Part shown: positions 1-11,128 of the stretch, piece after piece
Layout of the letters: each line of letters begins with the position of its first letter
Numbering within the stretch: position 1 is the stretch's first letter
Source: Escherichia coli
Lineage (GTDB): Bacteria; Pseudomonadota; Gammaproteobacteria; Enterobacterales; Enterobacteriaceae
Reading direction: 5' to 3' (one strand)
Length of the DNA: 64,000 nt
NCBI RefSeq assembly: GCF_016903815.1
Contig: NZ_CP069973.1
The notes under the pieces: generated by a model
Told to the model about the DNA's origin: nothing
Seen by the model: the letters and a program-made list of their open reading frames with translations, nothing else
Database searches by the model: none
Position numbers and translations under genes: made by a program

Positions 1-1
1 G

Positions 2-178
2 CTGGAACGTCTGGAGGCAGGCGAAACCCTGAGCGCCGAAGAGCAATCCTGGGTGGATGCCAAACTGGATCGTATTGATGAGTTGATGCAGAAACTCGGC
101 CTCTCTTATGACGATGACGAAGAAGAGGAAGAAGACGAGAAGCAAGAAGACATGATGCGTCTGCTGCGGGGCAACTAA
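2..178 (+). CDS. yihI: 3' end of Der GTPase-activating protein YihI (partial, C-terminal acidic tail)
   Basis: Frame-2 translation ends ...[33 protein letters not shown] ; matches remembered YihI C-terminus; stop TAA at 176-178. Confidence 0.8.
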
Positions 179-366
179 CGGATTGCCGCCGTGGGCCTTC
201 CCGTTCTGCTGATAACCCTTCCGGTTATATGTTATCTGGTGTGGTTATTCGTTAAACTACAGCGGTTGTCGCGGCGACAAAAGTGGCTGCGCAACCGGCT
301 GATGACCCGAAACGGGCATCCGCCGGTACGCCGTAGCCGCCAGAGACGCCATCGGAAGGAGTGAGC

Positions 367-1740
367 ATGTCTGTACAGCAAATCGACTGGGATCTGGCCC
401 TGATCCAGAAATATAACTATTCCGGGCCACGATACACCTCGTACCCGACCGCGCTGGAGTTTTCAGAAGACTTCGGCGAACAGGCGTTTTTACAAGCCGT
501 GGCGCGCTATCCTGAGCGTCCATTATCTCTCTACGTACATATCCCGTTCTGCCATAAGCTTTGTTACTTCTGCGGTTGCAATAAGATTGTTACTCGCCAG
601 CAGCACAAGGCCGATCAGTATCTGGACGCGCTGGAGCAAGAAATCGTCCATCGTGCACCGCTTTTTGCCGGGCGCAAGGTGAGCCAGCTGCACTGGGGCG
701 GTGGTACGCCGACGTATCTGAACAAAGCGCAAATCAGCCGTCTGATGAAGCTGCTGCGCGAAAACTTCCAGTTCAATGCCGATGCGGAGATTTCGATCGA
801 AGTCGATCCGCGCGAAATCGAACTGGATGTACTCGATCATTTACGCGCCGAGGGCTTTAATCGCCTGAGCATGGGCGTGCAGGACTTCAACAAAGAAGTG
901 CAACGTCTGGTTAACCGCGAGCAGGATGAAGAGTTCATCTTTGCACTGCTTAACCATGCGCGTGAGATTGGCTTTACCTCCACCAACATCGACCTGATTT
1001 ACGGCCTGCCGAAACAAACGCCGGAGAGTTTCGCTTTTACCCTGAAACGCGTGGCGGAGCTGAACCCCGATCGTCTGAGCGTCTTTAACTATGCGCATCT
1101 GCCGACCATTTTTGCTGCTCAGCGCAAAATCAAAGATGCTGACTTGCCGAGTCCGCAGCAAAAACTCGATATCCTGCAGGAAACCATCGCCTTCCTGACG
1201 CAATCGGGCTATCAGTTTATCGGTATGGATCACTTTGCCCGTCCGGATGACGAACTGGCGGTGGCCCAGCGTGAAGGCGTGCTGCATCGTAACTTCCAGG
1301 GCTACACCACTCAGGGCGATACCGATCTGCTGGGGATGGGCGTTTCCGCCATCAGCATGATTGGCGACTGCTACGCGCAGAACCAGAAAGAGTTGAAGCA
1401 GTACTATCAGCAAGTGGATGAACAAGGCAATGCGCTGTGGCGTGGTATTGCGCTAACGCGTGATGACTGTATTCGCCGCGATGTGATTAAGTCGCTCATC
1501 TGCAACTTCCGTCTGGATTACGCTCCCATTGAGCAACAGTGGGATTTGCACTTCGCTGATTACTTTGCCGAAGATCTCAAGCTGCTCGCCCCGTTAGCAA
1601 AAGATGGGCTGGTGGATGTGGATGAGAAGGGGATTCAGGTGACGGCGAAAGGTCGCTTGCTGATCCGCAACATTTGCATGTGCTTTGATACCTATCTGCG
1701 CCAGAAAGCGCGGATGCAGCAGTTCTCACGGGTGATTTAA
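367..1740 (+). CDS. hemN: Oxygen-independent coproporphyrinogen III oxidase (radical SAM)
   Basis: 457 aa from ATG 367 (MSVQQIDWDLALIQKYNYSGPRYTSYPTA...); CxxxCxxC radical-SAM motif (CHKLCYFCGC); track ORF 361-1740 starts at upstream GTG. Confidence 0.95.
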   Translation: MSVQQIDWDLALIQKYNYSGPRYTSYPTALEFSEDFGEQAFLQAVARYPERPLSLYVHIPFCHKLCYFCGCNKIVTRQQHKADQYLDALEQEIVHRAPLFAGRKVSQLHWGGGTPTYLNKAQISRLMKLLRENFQFNADAEISIEVDPREIELDVLDHLRAEGFNRLSMGVQDFNKEVQRLVNREQDEEFIFALLNHAREIGFTSTNIDLIYGLPKQTPESFAFTLKRVAELNPDRLSVFNYAHLPTIFAAQRKIKDADLPSPQQKLDILQETIAFLTQSGYQFIGMDHFARPDDELAVAQREGVLHRNFQGYTTQGDTDLLGMGVSAISMIGDCYAQNQKELKQYYQQVDEQGNALWRGIALTRDDCIRRDVIKSLICNFRLDYAPIEQQWDLHFADYFAEDLKLLAPLAKDGLVDVDEKGIQVTAKGRLLIRNICMCFDTYLRQKARMQQFSRVI

Positions 1741-1807
1741 ATAGTGAATGGCGCTTCGTTTACAAAGTAGAAAACGAAAGCGCCATCAATGTGCTGAGAA
1801 CAAGATT

Positions 1808-1898
1808 GCCTGATGCGCTACGCTTATCAGGCCTACAAAACCTGTTGAAAATATTGCTTTTGTAGACCGGATAAGGCGTTCACGCCGCATCCGGCATG
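1808..1898. repeat. REP/BIME-type palindromic units (two inverted REPs) downstream of hemN
   Basis: gcctgatgcgctacgcttatcaggcctac ... gtagaccggataaggcgttcacgccgcatccggcat, classic E. coli REP consensus. Confidence 0.8.
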
Positions 1899-1929
1899 AA
1901 CAAAGAGCACTTCATCAGCAATCTGAAAC

Positions 1930-2040
1930 TCAGCTAAACAGCCCAATCATCGCGGCACACAGCACGGCAGCAACGGCAGTTTGCGGTGTGTGGCTGTCAA
2001 CTGCGCCACTCGATACCAGATTAATTATTGATTCCAGCAT
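1930..2040 (-). CDS. yshB: Small protein YshB (36 aa, hydrophobic)
   Basis: Minus-strand ATG at 2040; translation MLESIINLVSSGAVDSHTPQTAVAAVLCAAMIGLFS*; position between hemN and glnG as in K-12; not in supplied ORF track (below length cutoff). Confidence 0.6.
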   Translation of the reverse strand: MLESIINLVSSGAVDSHTPQTAVAAVLCAAMIGLFS

Positions 2041-2151
2041 AATGACTCTCCCCGTTTTCCGGGCAAGATCATACTGAACTTATCGGAACAGTAAAGCGCA
2101 AAATACCAGCAATTTGCGCTCAATAATCAATCTTTACACACAAGCCGTGAA

Positions 2152-3561
2152 TCACTCCATCCCCAGCTCTTTTAACTTCCGCGTCAGAGTGTTACGCCCC
2201 CAGCCGAGTAGCCGCGCCGCTTCCTGTTTATGCCCCTGCGTATGTCGCAGCGCGGTGGTCAGTAACGTCCGCTCCAGCTCAGGCTGCGCTTCGGAAAGCA
2301 GATTTTGATGACCGGAACGCAGCGCCCTGTCTGCCCACTGCGCTAACAGCGTCGCCCAACTGTCCGGTTGCATTTGCGAAGTACTCTCCGCAACCGTTGA
2401 TTCAAACAGTTCGCCAGGCAAATCCTGAATCAACACTTCCTGTCCGGCAGCCATTACCGTTAGCCAGCGGCAGGTGTTTTCCAGCTGGCGCACGTTGCCT
2501 GGCCACGCCAGACGCGTCAGCGCGGCTTCGGTTTCCGGATGCAGTAACTTCGCTTCTACGCCCAGTTCGCGCGCGGCAACCTGTAAAAAATGGCGTGCCA
2601 GGCGGGGAATATCTTCCCGACGCTCACGCAGTGGTGGCAGATGAACGCGGATGACGTTCAGGCGGTGGAACAGATCCTCACGGAACTTACCTTCCTGCAC
2701 CCGCTGTTCAAGATTCTGGTGAGTGGCAGCGATAATCCGCACATCCACTTTCACCGGCGCATAGCCGCCAACGCGATAAAACTGACCGTCTGCCAGCACG
2801 CGCAGCAAACGCGTCTGCACATCCAGCGGCATATCACCAATTTCGTCGAGAAATAACGTGCCGCCATCGGCCTGTTCAAAACGCCCCTGACGAATGGTAT
2901 TCGCGCCGGTAAACGCGCCTTTCTCGTGACCAAACAGTTCTGATTCGATCAAATCCTTCGGGATAGCCGCCATATTCAGCGCGATAAACGGCGCTTTGGC
3001 TCGCGGACTGTGGCGATGCAGGGCATGAGCGACCAGCTCTTTACCGGTGCCGGATTCGCCGTTAATCAGCACGCTAATAGAAGAACGCGAAAGCCGACCG
3101 ATAATACGGAACACGTCCTGCATGGCTGGCGCTTCGCCGATGATATCGGTCGTTGGGCCGTTAAGCTGAACATTACGCGGCTGCTGCTGTTCCTGGTAAT
3201 GACTGATGGCGCGCTCAACCAGGGCGACGGCTTCGTCGATATCAAACGGTTTGGGCAGATAATCAAACGCCCCTTGTTGATAGGCGCTGACGGCAGCATC
3301 CAGATCGGAATGTGCGGTCATAATGATGACCGGAAGCATCGGATGGCGCTGTTTAATCTGCTTGAGCAGCGCCAGCCCGTCCATTCCCGGCATACGGATA
3401 TCTGAAAGCAGCACATCCGGCGTTTTGCTCGCCAGCGCCTCCAGTACCTCCGCGCCGTTCTCAAATGTTGTACAGGTTAAACCCGCTCCAGCGAGCGCAC
3501 GTTCAAGCACCCAACGGATGGAACTATCGTCATCGACTACCCAGACTATCCCTCGTTGCAT
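2152..3561 (-). CDS. glnG: Nitrogen regulation response regulator NtrC (sigma-54 enhancer-binding protein)
   Basis: 469 aa from ATG at 3561 ([23 protein letters not shown]...); receiver domain, AAA+ GESGTGKE Walker A, C-terminal HTH; track ORF extends to 3621 with no SD support. Confidence 0.95.
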   Translation of the reverse strand: MQRGIVWVVDDDSSIRWVLERALAGAGLTCTTFENGAEVLEALASKTPDVLLSDIRMPGMDGLALLKQIKQRHPMLPVIIMTAHSDLDAAVSAYQQGAFDYLPKPFDIDEAVALVERAISHYQEQQQPRNVQLNGPTTDIIGEAPAMQDVFRIIGRLSRSSISVLINGESGTGKELVAHALHRHSPRAKAPFIALNMAAIPKDLIESELFGHEKGAFTGANTIRQGRFEQADGGTLFLDEIGDMPLDVQTRLLRVLADGQFYRVGGYAPVKVDVRIIAATHQNLEQRVQEGKFREDLFHRLNVIRVHLPPLRERREDIPRLARHFLQVAARELGVEAKLLHPETEAALTRLAWPGNVRQLENTCRWLTVMAAGQEVLIQDLPGELFESTVAESTSQMQPDSWATLLAQWADRALRSGHQNLLSEAQPELERTLLTTALRHTQGHKQEAARLLGWGRNTLTRKLKELGME

Positions 3562-3572
3562 AAACGTCACCT

Positions 3573-4622
3573 TTATTTCCTGATAGGCAGGTAAACCGAG
3601 AACTCGGTATGACCTGGCCAACTGGTAAATTCAATTTTGCCTGAATGCTGATCAATCAAATTACGGGCGATGGATAAGCCAAGCCCGGTGCCACCTTCGC
3701 GGCCACTGACCATCGGATAAAACAGCGTATCCTGCAAATGAGGCGGAATGCCCGGCCCGTTATCTTCCACATCAATTCGCGCCGCCAGCCGATAGCGCTC
3801 GCCGTGTAAGGTCAGTTGAAACGCGGTGCGGGTACGCAGAATGATTTCACCGCCTTCCGGCCCCAGCGCCTGTAGCGCATTGCGCACAATATTCAGCAAG
3901 ACCTGTTCAATTTGATCCGGGTCGTGCGCCAGTTCCGGCAGGCTGGGATCGTAATCACGAATCAACCGCACGTTGTCCGGCAGTTCCATCGACACCAACG
4001 TCACCACGCGTTCAGCCACTTTGTGAATACTTTCGGTAACGCGCGTACCGGGCAGTTGCGGTCCCAACAGACGGTCGACCAGATTTCGCAGCCGGTCCGC
4101 CTGTTCGATAATCACTTTGGTATATTCGAGTAGTGACGGGTCAGGTAATGCTTTGCTGAGTAGCTGCGCCGCGCCACGTAAACCGCCAAGCGGATTTTTA
4201 ATCTCATGTGCCAGGCCGCGCACTAAATCACGGGCAGCAACCTGCTGGGCGTGCTGTAGCTGTTCCTGACTTAAGCGGCGCTGGTTATCCATCGGTGCCA
4301 TCTCCAGCAGGATCATGCCGTCTGGCATACGCTGGGCCGTCACAGAAAGGATATGCGAGCGCCCGTCGATGACCAGCGTCACTTCGTTATCGGTAAAACC
4401 TTGCCCCGCCTCCAGACTTTCTTGCATCAGCTCGATATTTAATGAGAAGTAGCTCAATAGTTCCGGTAACGGTGTACCAAACAATTTGCGGGAGCTTTGG
4501 GCGAGCAGTTGTTGCGCGGCGGGGTTGGCGTAATGGATCGCCAGGTTGTCATCGATTAACAAAATACTGTTAATCAGCGAGTTGAGGATCTGCCCAGCAT
4601 CGGGCTGCGTGCCTGTTGCCAT
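3573..4622 (-). CDS. glnL: Nitrogen regulation sensor histidine kinase NtrB
   Basis: 349 aa; PAS-like N-terminus, H-box (HEIKNPLGG), ATPase G-box; directly upstream of glnG. Confidence 0.95.
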
Positions 4623-4643
4623 AAAGCAGTCTCCTGAACAGGT

Positions 4644-4660
4644 TGCACCATTTTAGTGCA
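4644..4660 (-). promoter_or_regulatory. NtrC binding site in glnL promoter region (TGCACCA-N3-TAGTGCA)
   Basis: tgcaccattttagtgca palindrome in glnA-glnL intergenic region. Confidence 0.6.
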
Positions 4661-4711
4661 TTATAGCTTTTTACGGATAAAAAGCGCGTAGCATCAGAGA
4701 ATTGACGGAGA

Positions 4712-4795
4712 AAAAAGCCCATGCAGAGATGGGCTGAAAGTTTCCACGGCAACTAAATCCCGGCGTTGTTGCGCCGGGTAGTACAACTTCAACTA
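4712..4795 (-). ncRNA. glnZ: glnA 3'UTR ending in rho-independent terminator; candidate GlnZ 3'UTR-derived sRNA
   Basis: Downstream of glnA stop on minus strand: hairpin cccggcgcaacaacgccggg, then agcccatctctgcatgggct followed by TTTTTT at ~4712-4742; boundaries approximate. Confidence 0.35.
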
Positions 4796-6205
4796 TTAGA
4801 CGCTGTAGTACAGCTCAAACTCTACCGGATGCGGAGTCATACGCACGCGGTCATCTTCTTCGCGACGCAGAGCGATGTACGCATCGATCGCTTCATCAGT
4901 GAACACACCACCGGCTTTCAGGAACTCGCGGTCCAGATCCAGTTCGTTCAGTGCTTCTTCCAGAGAACCAGCAACCTGTGGGATCTCTTTCGCTTCTTCC
5001 GGCGGCAGGTCATACAGGTTTTTGTCCATCGCTTCGCCCGGATGGATCTTGTTCTTGATACCGTCAAGACCGGCCATCAGCAGGGCAGCAAAGCACAGGT
5101 ACGGGTTAGCCGCCGGGTCCGGGAAACGTACTTCGATACGACGTGCTTTCGGAGAAGAAACCACCGGAATACGGATAGACGCAGAACGGTTGCGTGCAGA
5201 GTAAGCCAGCATTACCGGTGCTTCGTAGCCCGGGACCAGACGCTTGTAAGAGTTGGTGGTCGGGTTTGCCAGGGCATTAATCGCTTTCGCGTGTTTGATT
5301 ACGCCGCCAATATAGTACAGCGCCTGCTCAGACAGACCTGCGTATTTGTCGCCTGCGAACAGGTTGACGCCGTTTTTAGACAGCGACATGTGGCAGTGCA
5401 TACCGGAGCCGTTATCACCGAACATCGGTTTTGGCATAAAGGTCGCGGTTTTACCGAAGCGGTGCGCTACGTTGTGCACAACATATTTGTAGATCTGAAT
5501 TTCGTCAGCTTTTTTGGTCATGGTATTGAAGCGGGTAGCCACTTCGTTCTGACCAGCAGTCGCTACTTCGTGGTGATGGGCTTCAACCACCAGGCCCATC
5601 TGTTCCATCACCAGACACATTTCAGAACGAATATCCTGAGCAGAGTCTACCGGCGGAACCGGGAAGTAACCGCCTTTCACTGCCGGACGGTGACCTTTGT
5701 TACCACCTTCGTATTGGGTGGAGGAGTTCCATGCGCCTTCGATATCGTCGATAGCAACGTGAGAACCGGAGATAGATGATCCGAAACGGATGTCATCGAA
5801 CAGGAAGAATTCAGGTTCTGGCCCGAACAGTACGGTGTCGGCAATGCCAGTGGAACGCAGGTAATCTTCGGCGCGCTTCGCAATGGAGCGCGGGTCACGG
5901 TCATAGCCTTGCAGGGTGCCAGGTTCAAGGATGTCGCAACGGATAATCAGGGTGGAGTCGGCGAAGAACGGGTCAATCACTGCGGTGGATGCGTCTGGCA
6001 TCAGCACCATGTCGGACTCGTTAATGCCTTTCCAGCCGCCAATCGAGGAGCCGTCAAACATTTTGCCTTCTTCGAAGAATTCAGCATTCACCTGATGAGC
6101 AGGGATAGTGACGTGCTGTTCTTTACCTTTAGTATCGGTGAAGCGCAAATCAACAAACTTCACTTCGTGCTCGTTCAGCATCGTCAGTACGTGTTCAGCG
6201 GACAT
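4796..6205 (-). CDS. glnA: Glutamine synthetase (type I)
   Basis: 469 aa [35 protein letters not shown]...; adenylylation-site region and C-terminus ...EFELYYSV. Confidence 0.97.
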
Positions 6206-6287
6206 ACTTTAACTCTCCTGGATTGGTCATGGTCGTCGTGGTAACGAAATCTGCAATTATTTTGGCCGTGTCGCCGTAAAAAAGATA

Positions 6288-6305
6288 AAGCGAAATCTGT
6301 GCCAA
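6288..6305 (-). promoter_or_regulatory. glnAp2 sigma-54 promoter (-24 TGGCAC / -12 element)
   Basis: Minus-strand TTGGCACAGATTTCGCTTTATC about 85 bp upstream of glnA ATG. Confidence 0.8.
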
Positions 6306-6354
6306 CTTTTAAATTGCCCCTAAAAGGCGTTATCATGCTTAACATCGTGCAAAA

Positions 6355-6428
6355 GGGCTGCACCATGATGTGAATGTTGCACCAATATAGTGCTTCAATG
6401 GAAACATTAAGCACCATATTGGTGCAAT
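6355..6428 (-). promoter_or_regulatory. NtrC enhancer sites upstream of glnA
   Basis: Repeated TGCACCA...TGGTGCA-type palindromes (tgcaccatgatg..., ttgcaccaatatagtgc, gcaccatattggtgca). Confidence 0.75.
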
Positions 6429-6577
6429 GACCTTTGGATAACCCTTTTTATGCTCCGTGAAAGCAATCACAAAGGGACTCTGCAATACTTGTTTGCGGAG
6501 GATGTTTGTGATCCTGTTTTGTAGTGCGATTAATCCGTGTACAATAACGCGCTATTTCTAATGCCTGAGGCAAAGTT

Positions 6578-8401
6578 GTGATCGAAAAATTGCGTAATAT
6601 CGCCATCATCGCGCACGTAGACCATGGTAAAACCACCCTGGTAGACAAGCTGCTCCAACAATCCGGTACGTTCGACTCTCGTGCCGAAACCCAAGAGCGC
6701 GTGATGGACTCCAACGATTTGGAGAAAGAGCGTGGGATTACCATCCTCGCGAAAAACACCGCTATCAAATGGAATGATTACCGTATCAACATCGTTGATA
6801 CCCCGGGGCACGCCGACTTCGGTGGTGAAGTTGAACGTGTAATGTCCATGGTAGACTCAGTGCTGCTGGTGGTTGACGCATTTGACGGCCCGATGCCGCA
6901 AACGCGCTTCGTAACCAAAAAAGCGTTTGCTTACGGCCTGAAGCCGATTGTTGTTATCAACAAAGTTGACCGCCCTGGCGCGCGTCCTGACTGGGTTGTG
7001 GATCAGGTATTCGACCTGTTCGTTAACCTCGACGCGACCGACGAGCAGCTGGACTTCCCGATCGTTTACGCTTCTGCGCTGAACGGTATCGCGGGTCTGG
7101 ACCACGAAGATATGGCGGAAGACATGACCCCGCTGTATCAGGCGATTGTTGACCACGTTCCTGCGCCGGACGTTGACCTTGACGGTCCGTTCCAGATGCA
7201 GATTTCTCAGCTCGATTACAACAGCTATGTTGGCGTTATCGGCATTGGCCGCATCAAGCGCGGTAAAGTGAAGCCGAACCAGCAGGTCACTATCATCGAT
7301 AGCGAAGGCAAAACCCGTAACGCGAAAGTCGGTAAAGTGCTGGGCCACCTCGGTCTGGAACGTATCGAAACCGACCTGGCGGAAGCTGGCGATATCGTGG
7401 CGATCACGGGCCTGGGCGAACTGAACATTTCTGACACCGTTTGCGACACGCAAAACGTTGAAGCGCTGCCGGCACTCTCCGTTGATGAGCCGACCGTTTC
7501 TATGTTCTTCTGCGTTAACACCTCGCCGTTCTGCGGTAAAGAAGGTAAGTTCGTAACGTCTCGTCAGATCCTGGATCGTCTGAACAAAGAACTGGTACAC
7601 AACGTTGCTCTGCGCGTAGAAGAAACCGAAGACGCCGATGCGTTCCGCGTTTCTGGTCGTGGCGAACTGCACCTGTCTGTTCTGATCGAAAACATGCGTC
7701 GTGAAGGTTTCGAACTGGCGGTATCCCGTCCGAAAGTTATCTTCCGTGAAATCGACGGTCGTAAACAAGAGCCGTATGAAAACGTGACTCTGGACGTTGA
7801 AGAACAGCATCAGGGTTCTGTAATGCAGGCGCTGGGCGAACGTAAAGGCGACCTGAAAAACATGAATCCAGACGGTAAAGGCCGCGTACGTCTCGACTAC
7901 GTGATCCCAAGCCGTGGTCTGATTGGTTTCCGTTCTGAGTTCATGACCATGACTTCCGGTACGGGTCTGCTGTACTCCACCTTCAGCCACTACGACGACG
8001 TACGTCCGGGTGAAGTGGGTCAGCGTCAGAATGGCGTACTGATCTCTAACGGTCAGGGTAAAGCGGTAGCGTTCGCGCTGTTCGGTCTGCAGGATCGCGG
8101 TAAGCTGTTCCTCGGTCACGGTGCAGAAGTTTACGAAGGTCAGATTATCGGTATTCATAGCCGCTCTAACGACCTGACTGTAAACTGCCTGACCGGTAAG
8201 AAACTGACCAACATGCGTGCTTCCGGTACTGACGAAGCCGTTGTTCTGGTTCCGCCTATCCGCATGACTCTGGAACAAGCTCTGGAGTTCATCGATGATG
8301 ACGAACTGGTAGAAGTGACTCCGACCTCTATCCGTATTCGTAAACGTCACCTGACGGAAAACGATCGTCGTCGCGCCAACCGCGCACCGAAAGACGATTA
8401 A
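6578..8401 (+). CDS. typA: Ribosome-associated translational GTPase BipA/TypA
   Basis: 607 aa, GTG start; G-domain motifs [22 protein letters not shown]-like domains. Confidence 0.95.
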   Translation: MIEKLRNIAIIAHVDHGKTTLVDKLLQQSGTFDSRAETQERVMDSNDLEKERGITILAKNTAIKWNDYRINIVDTPGHADFGGEVERVMSMVDSVLLVVDAFDGPMPQTRFVTKKAFAYGLKPIVVINKVDRPGARPDWVVDQVFDLFVNLDATDEQLDFPIVYASALNGIAGLDHEDMAEDMTPLYQAIVDHVPAPDVDLDGPFQMQISQLDYNSYVGVIGIGRIKRGKVKPNQQVTIIDSEGKTRNAKVGKVLGHLGLERIETDLAEAGDIVAITGLGELNISDTVCDTQNVEALPALSVDEPTVSMFFCVNTSPFCGKEGKFVTSRQILDRLNKELVHNVALRVEETEDADAFRVSGRGELHLSVLIENMRREGFELAVSRPKVIFREIDGRKQEPYENVTLDVEEQHQGSVMQALGERKGDLKNMNPDGKGRVRLDYVIPSRGLIGFRSEFMTMTSGTGLLYSTFSHYDDVRPGEVGQRQNGVLISNGQGKAVAFALFGLQDRGKLFLGHGAEVYEGQIIGIHSRSNDLTVNCLTGKKLTNMRASGTDEAVVLVPPIRMTLEQALEFIDDDELVEVTPTSIRIRKRHLTENDRRRANRAPKDD

Positions 8402-8419
8402 TTTCGTTTTTTAGTTATA

Positions 8420-8451
8420 AAAAACCTGCCATCGCTGGCAGGTTTTTTTTT
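8420..8451 (+). terminator. Rho-independent terminator of typA
   Basis: cctgccatcgctggcagg stem followed by T9 run. Confidence 0.8.
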
Positions 8452-8454
8452 GTG

Positions 8455-9160
8455 CACAGAAAACCCCCAGCTAGGCTGGGGGTTCCGGAAAGCTTTCAGC
8501 TTTGAGCCAGTTATTAAAACCCCTTTTGATTTGTTAAAACACCTTGCGGTCTGGCAACTGCAAGTGTCAAACAAGAAATCAAAAGGGGGTCCCAATGGGG
8601 AACGAAAAGAGCTTAGCGCACACCCGATGGAACTGTAAATATCACATAGTTTTTGCGCCAAAATACCGAAGACAGGTGTTCTACAGAGAGAAGCGTAGAG
8701 CAATAGGCAGTATTTTGAGAAAGCTGTGTGAGTGGAAAAGCGTACGGATTCTGGAAGCTGAATGCTGTGCAGATCATATCCATATGCTTGTGGAGATCCC
8801 GCCCAAAATGAGCGTATCCGGGTTTATGGGATATCTGAAAGGGAAAAGCAGTCTGATGCTTTACGAGCAGTTTGGTGATTTGAAATTCAAATACAGGAAC
8901 AGGGAGTTCTGGTGCAGAGGGTACTACGTCGATACAGTGGGTAAGAACACGGCGAAGATACAGGATTACATAAAGCACCAGCTTGAAGAGGATAAAATGG
9001 GAGAGCAGTTATCGATTCCCTATCCGGGCAGCCCGTTTACGGGCCGTAAGTAACGAAGTTGGATGCAAATGTCAGATCGTGTGCGCCTGTTAGGGCGCGG
9101 CTGGTAAGAGAGCCTTATAGGCGCATTTGAAAAACCTCCGGCTATGCCGGAGGATATTTA
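8455..9160 (+). mobile_element. IS200/IS605-family insertion sequence (IS200-like, ~0.7 kb); ends approximate
   Basis: Single tnpA with HxH Y1-transposase signature, structured leader (cccccagctaggctggggg hairpin and RBS-sequestering stem) typical of IS200; no inverted repeats expected for this family. Confidence 0.7.
8595..9053 (+). CDS. tnpA: IS200-family Y1 (HUH) transposase TnpA
   Basis: 152 aa from ATG 8595: MGNEKSLAHTRWNCKYHIVFAPKYRRQVFY...HIHMLVEIPPK...; HxH motif and Tyr-containing C-terminal region. Confidence 0.85.
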   Translation: MGNEKSLAHTRWNCKYHIVFAPKYRRQVFYREKRRAIGSILRKLCEWKSVRILEAECCADHIHMLVEIPPKMSVSGFMGYLKGKSSLMLYEQFGDLKFKYRNREFWCRGYYVDTVGKNTAKIQDYIKHQLEEDKMGEQLSIPYPGSPFTGRK

Positions 9161-9328
9161 TTACCTGTCGTGAGCGCACACCAATGCGAGTATCTCCCTT
9201 ATAAGTCTGTGATTACGTCAATAGAGAGCTTTGTCACAATTATCTGCAAAGTCATACACCGTTAATTGCTTTCTTTTTTGGCGTAAGCGTAAGATGCTTC
9301 ATCTGGTTTAAACCAAAAGGATTAAACA

Positions 9329-10039
9329 ATGGCGGAGAATCAATCCACCGTAGAAAATGCAAAAGAGAAACTGGATCGGTGGTTGAAAGATGGCATCACC
9401 ACGCCGGGTGGAAAACTCCCTTCAGAAAGAGAGCTGGGAGAACTGCTGGGCATTAAACGTATGACGCTGCGCCAGGCGTTGTTGAACCTCGAGGCAGAAT
9501 CCAAAATCTTCCGTAAGGATCGTAAGGGGTGGTTCGTGACCCAGCCGCGATTTAATTACAGTCCGGAGCTGTCAGCGAGCTTTCAGCGGGCCGCAATTGA
9601 GCAAGGACGAGAGCCTTCTTGGGGGTTTACCGAGAAAAACCGTACCAGCGATATTCCCGAGACGCTCGCGCCACTGATTGCAGTGACACCATCAACTGAA
9701 CTCTATCGCATCACCGGCTGGGGGGCGCTGGAAGGACATAAAGTTTTCTATCACGAAACATATATTAATCCTGAAGTTGCTCCGGGTTTTATTGAACAAC
9801 TTGAAAACCACTCATTTTCTGCAGTCTGGGAAAAGTGCTACCAGAAAGAGACGGTAGTAAAAAAATTGATTTTCAAACCCGTCAGAATGCCGGGCGATAT
9901 CAGCAAGTATCTTGGCGGTTCTGCGGGTATGCCAGCGATCTTAATTGAAAAGCATCGCGCCGACCAGCAAGGCAATATTGTCCAGATAGATATTGAATAT
10001 TGGCGATTTGAGGCCGTAGACCTCATCATTAATCTGTAG
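9329..10039 (+). CDS. yihL: GntR-family HTH transcriptional regulator (UTRA effector domain)
   Basis: 236 aa; N-terminal wHTH (SERELGELLGIKRMTLRQAL); K-12 order typA-yihL. Confidence 0.85.
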   Translation: MAENQSTVENAKEKLDRWLKDGITTPGGKLPSERELGELLGIKRMTLRQALLNLEAESKIFRKDRKGWFVTQPRFNYSPELSASFQRAAIEQGREPSWGFTEKNRTSDIPETLAPLIAVTPSTELYRITGWGALEGHKVFYHETYINPEVAPGFIEQLENHSFSAVWEKCYQKETVVKKLIFKPVRMPGDISKYLGGSAGMPAILIEKHRADQQGNIVQIDIEYWRFEAVDLIINL

Positions 10040-10046
10040 GTGTTTT

Positions 10047-11027
10047 ATGGTGACAATAAATAACGCAAGAAAGATTCTACAACGTGTCGACACTCTTCCT
10101 CTTTATTTACATGCTTATGCCTTTCATTTAAATATGCGGCTGGAAAGAGTGTTGCCTGCTGATTTACTTGATATCGCAAGTGAAAATAATCTACGTGGCG
10201 TCAAAATCCATGTTCTGGACGGCGAGCGTTTTTCTCTTGGTAATATGGACGATAAAGAACTCTCTGCCTTTGGGGATAAAGCCCGCCGTCTGAACCTTGA
10301 TATTCATATTGAAACCAGCGCTTCAGATAAGGCATCTATTGACGAAGCCGTCGCCATTGCGTTGAAAACTGGGGCATCGTCCGTACGTTTTTATCCACGT
10401 TATGAAGGTAATTTGCGCGACGTATTATCGATCATCGCTAACGACATTGCCTATGTACGGGAAACGTATCAGGACAGCGGCCTGACTTTTACGATCGAAC
10501 AGCATGAAGATTTAAAAAGCCATGAGTTGGTGTCGCTGGTCAAAGAAAGTGAGATGGAATCTCTTTCCTTACTGTTTGATTTTGCGAACATGATCAATGC
10601 AAATGAGCATCCCATCGACGCTTTAAAAACGATGGCACCGCATATTACCCAGGTCCATATCAAAGATGCCTTGATCGTTAAAGAAGAGGGTGGCCTGGGT
10701 CATAAAGCCTGTATTTCAGGTCAGGGTGATATGCCGTTCAAAGCGTTATTAACGCACCTTATATGCCTGGGTGATGATGAGCCGCAGGTGACGGCATATG
10801 GCCTGGAAGAAGAGGTTGATTACTATGCGCCGGCGTTCCGCTTTGAAGACGAAGATGATAATCCGTGGATCTCTTATCGCCAGATGAGTGAAACACCATT
10901 GCCAGAAAATCATTTACTGGATGCGCGGTTACGTAAAGAAAAAGAAGATGCAATTAATCAGATAAATCATGTGCGTAACGTACTACAACAAATCAAACAA
11001 GAGGCAAACCATCTTCTGAACCACTAA
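10047..11027 (+). CDS. yihM: Sugar phosphate isomerase/epimerase (xylose-isomerase-like TIM barrel) family protein
   Basis: 326 aa; synteny yihL-yihM-yihN. Confidence 0.8.
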   Translation: MVTINNARKILQRVDTLPLYLHAYAFHLNMRLERVLPADLLDIASENNLRGVKIHVLDGERFSLGNMDDKELSAFGDKARRLNLDIHIETSASDKASIDEAVAIALKTGASSVRFYPRYEGNLRDVLSIIANDIAYVRETYQDSGLTFTIEQHEDLKSHELVSLVKESEMESLSLLFDFANMINANEHPIDALKTMAPHITQVHIKDALIVKEEGGLGHKACISGQGDMPFKALLTHLICLGDDEPQVTAYGLEEEVDYYAPAFRFEDEDDNPWISYRQMSETPLPENHLLDARLRKEKEDAINQINHVRNVLQQIKQEANHLLNH

Positions 11028-11128
11028 TAAGTTTTAACTCATACGCAGTTAATAAAACCATTCGATATGAATGGTCGGTATCTTATTGCCTTTAAAACAG
11101 TGATTTTAAAAATCGCTTAGGGGATGTT

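Noticed and set aside
841-1425. 194-codon ORF antisense to hemN
   Set aside because: Within hemN on the opposite strand; no independent support.
2152-3621. Track ORF for glnG extended 20 codons upstream ([20 protein letters not shown]...)
   Set aside because: Extension would overlap the glnL 3' end; the conserved NtrC N-terminus begins [12 protein letters not shown] at 3561.
4766-5779. 337-codon ORF antisense to glnA
   Set aside because: Antisense artefact inside the highly conserved glnA; translation is Arg/Val/Phe-rich low-complexity.
6857-8350. 497-codon ORF antisense to typA
   Set aside because: Lies entirely within and opposite the well-supported typA gene; long antisense ORFs are common in codon-biased genes; no SD and no recognisable protein family.
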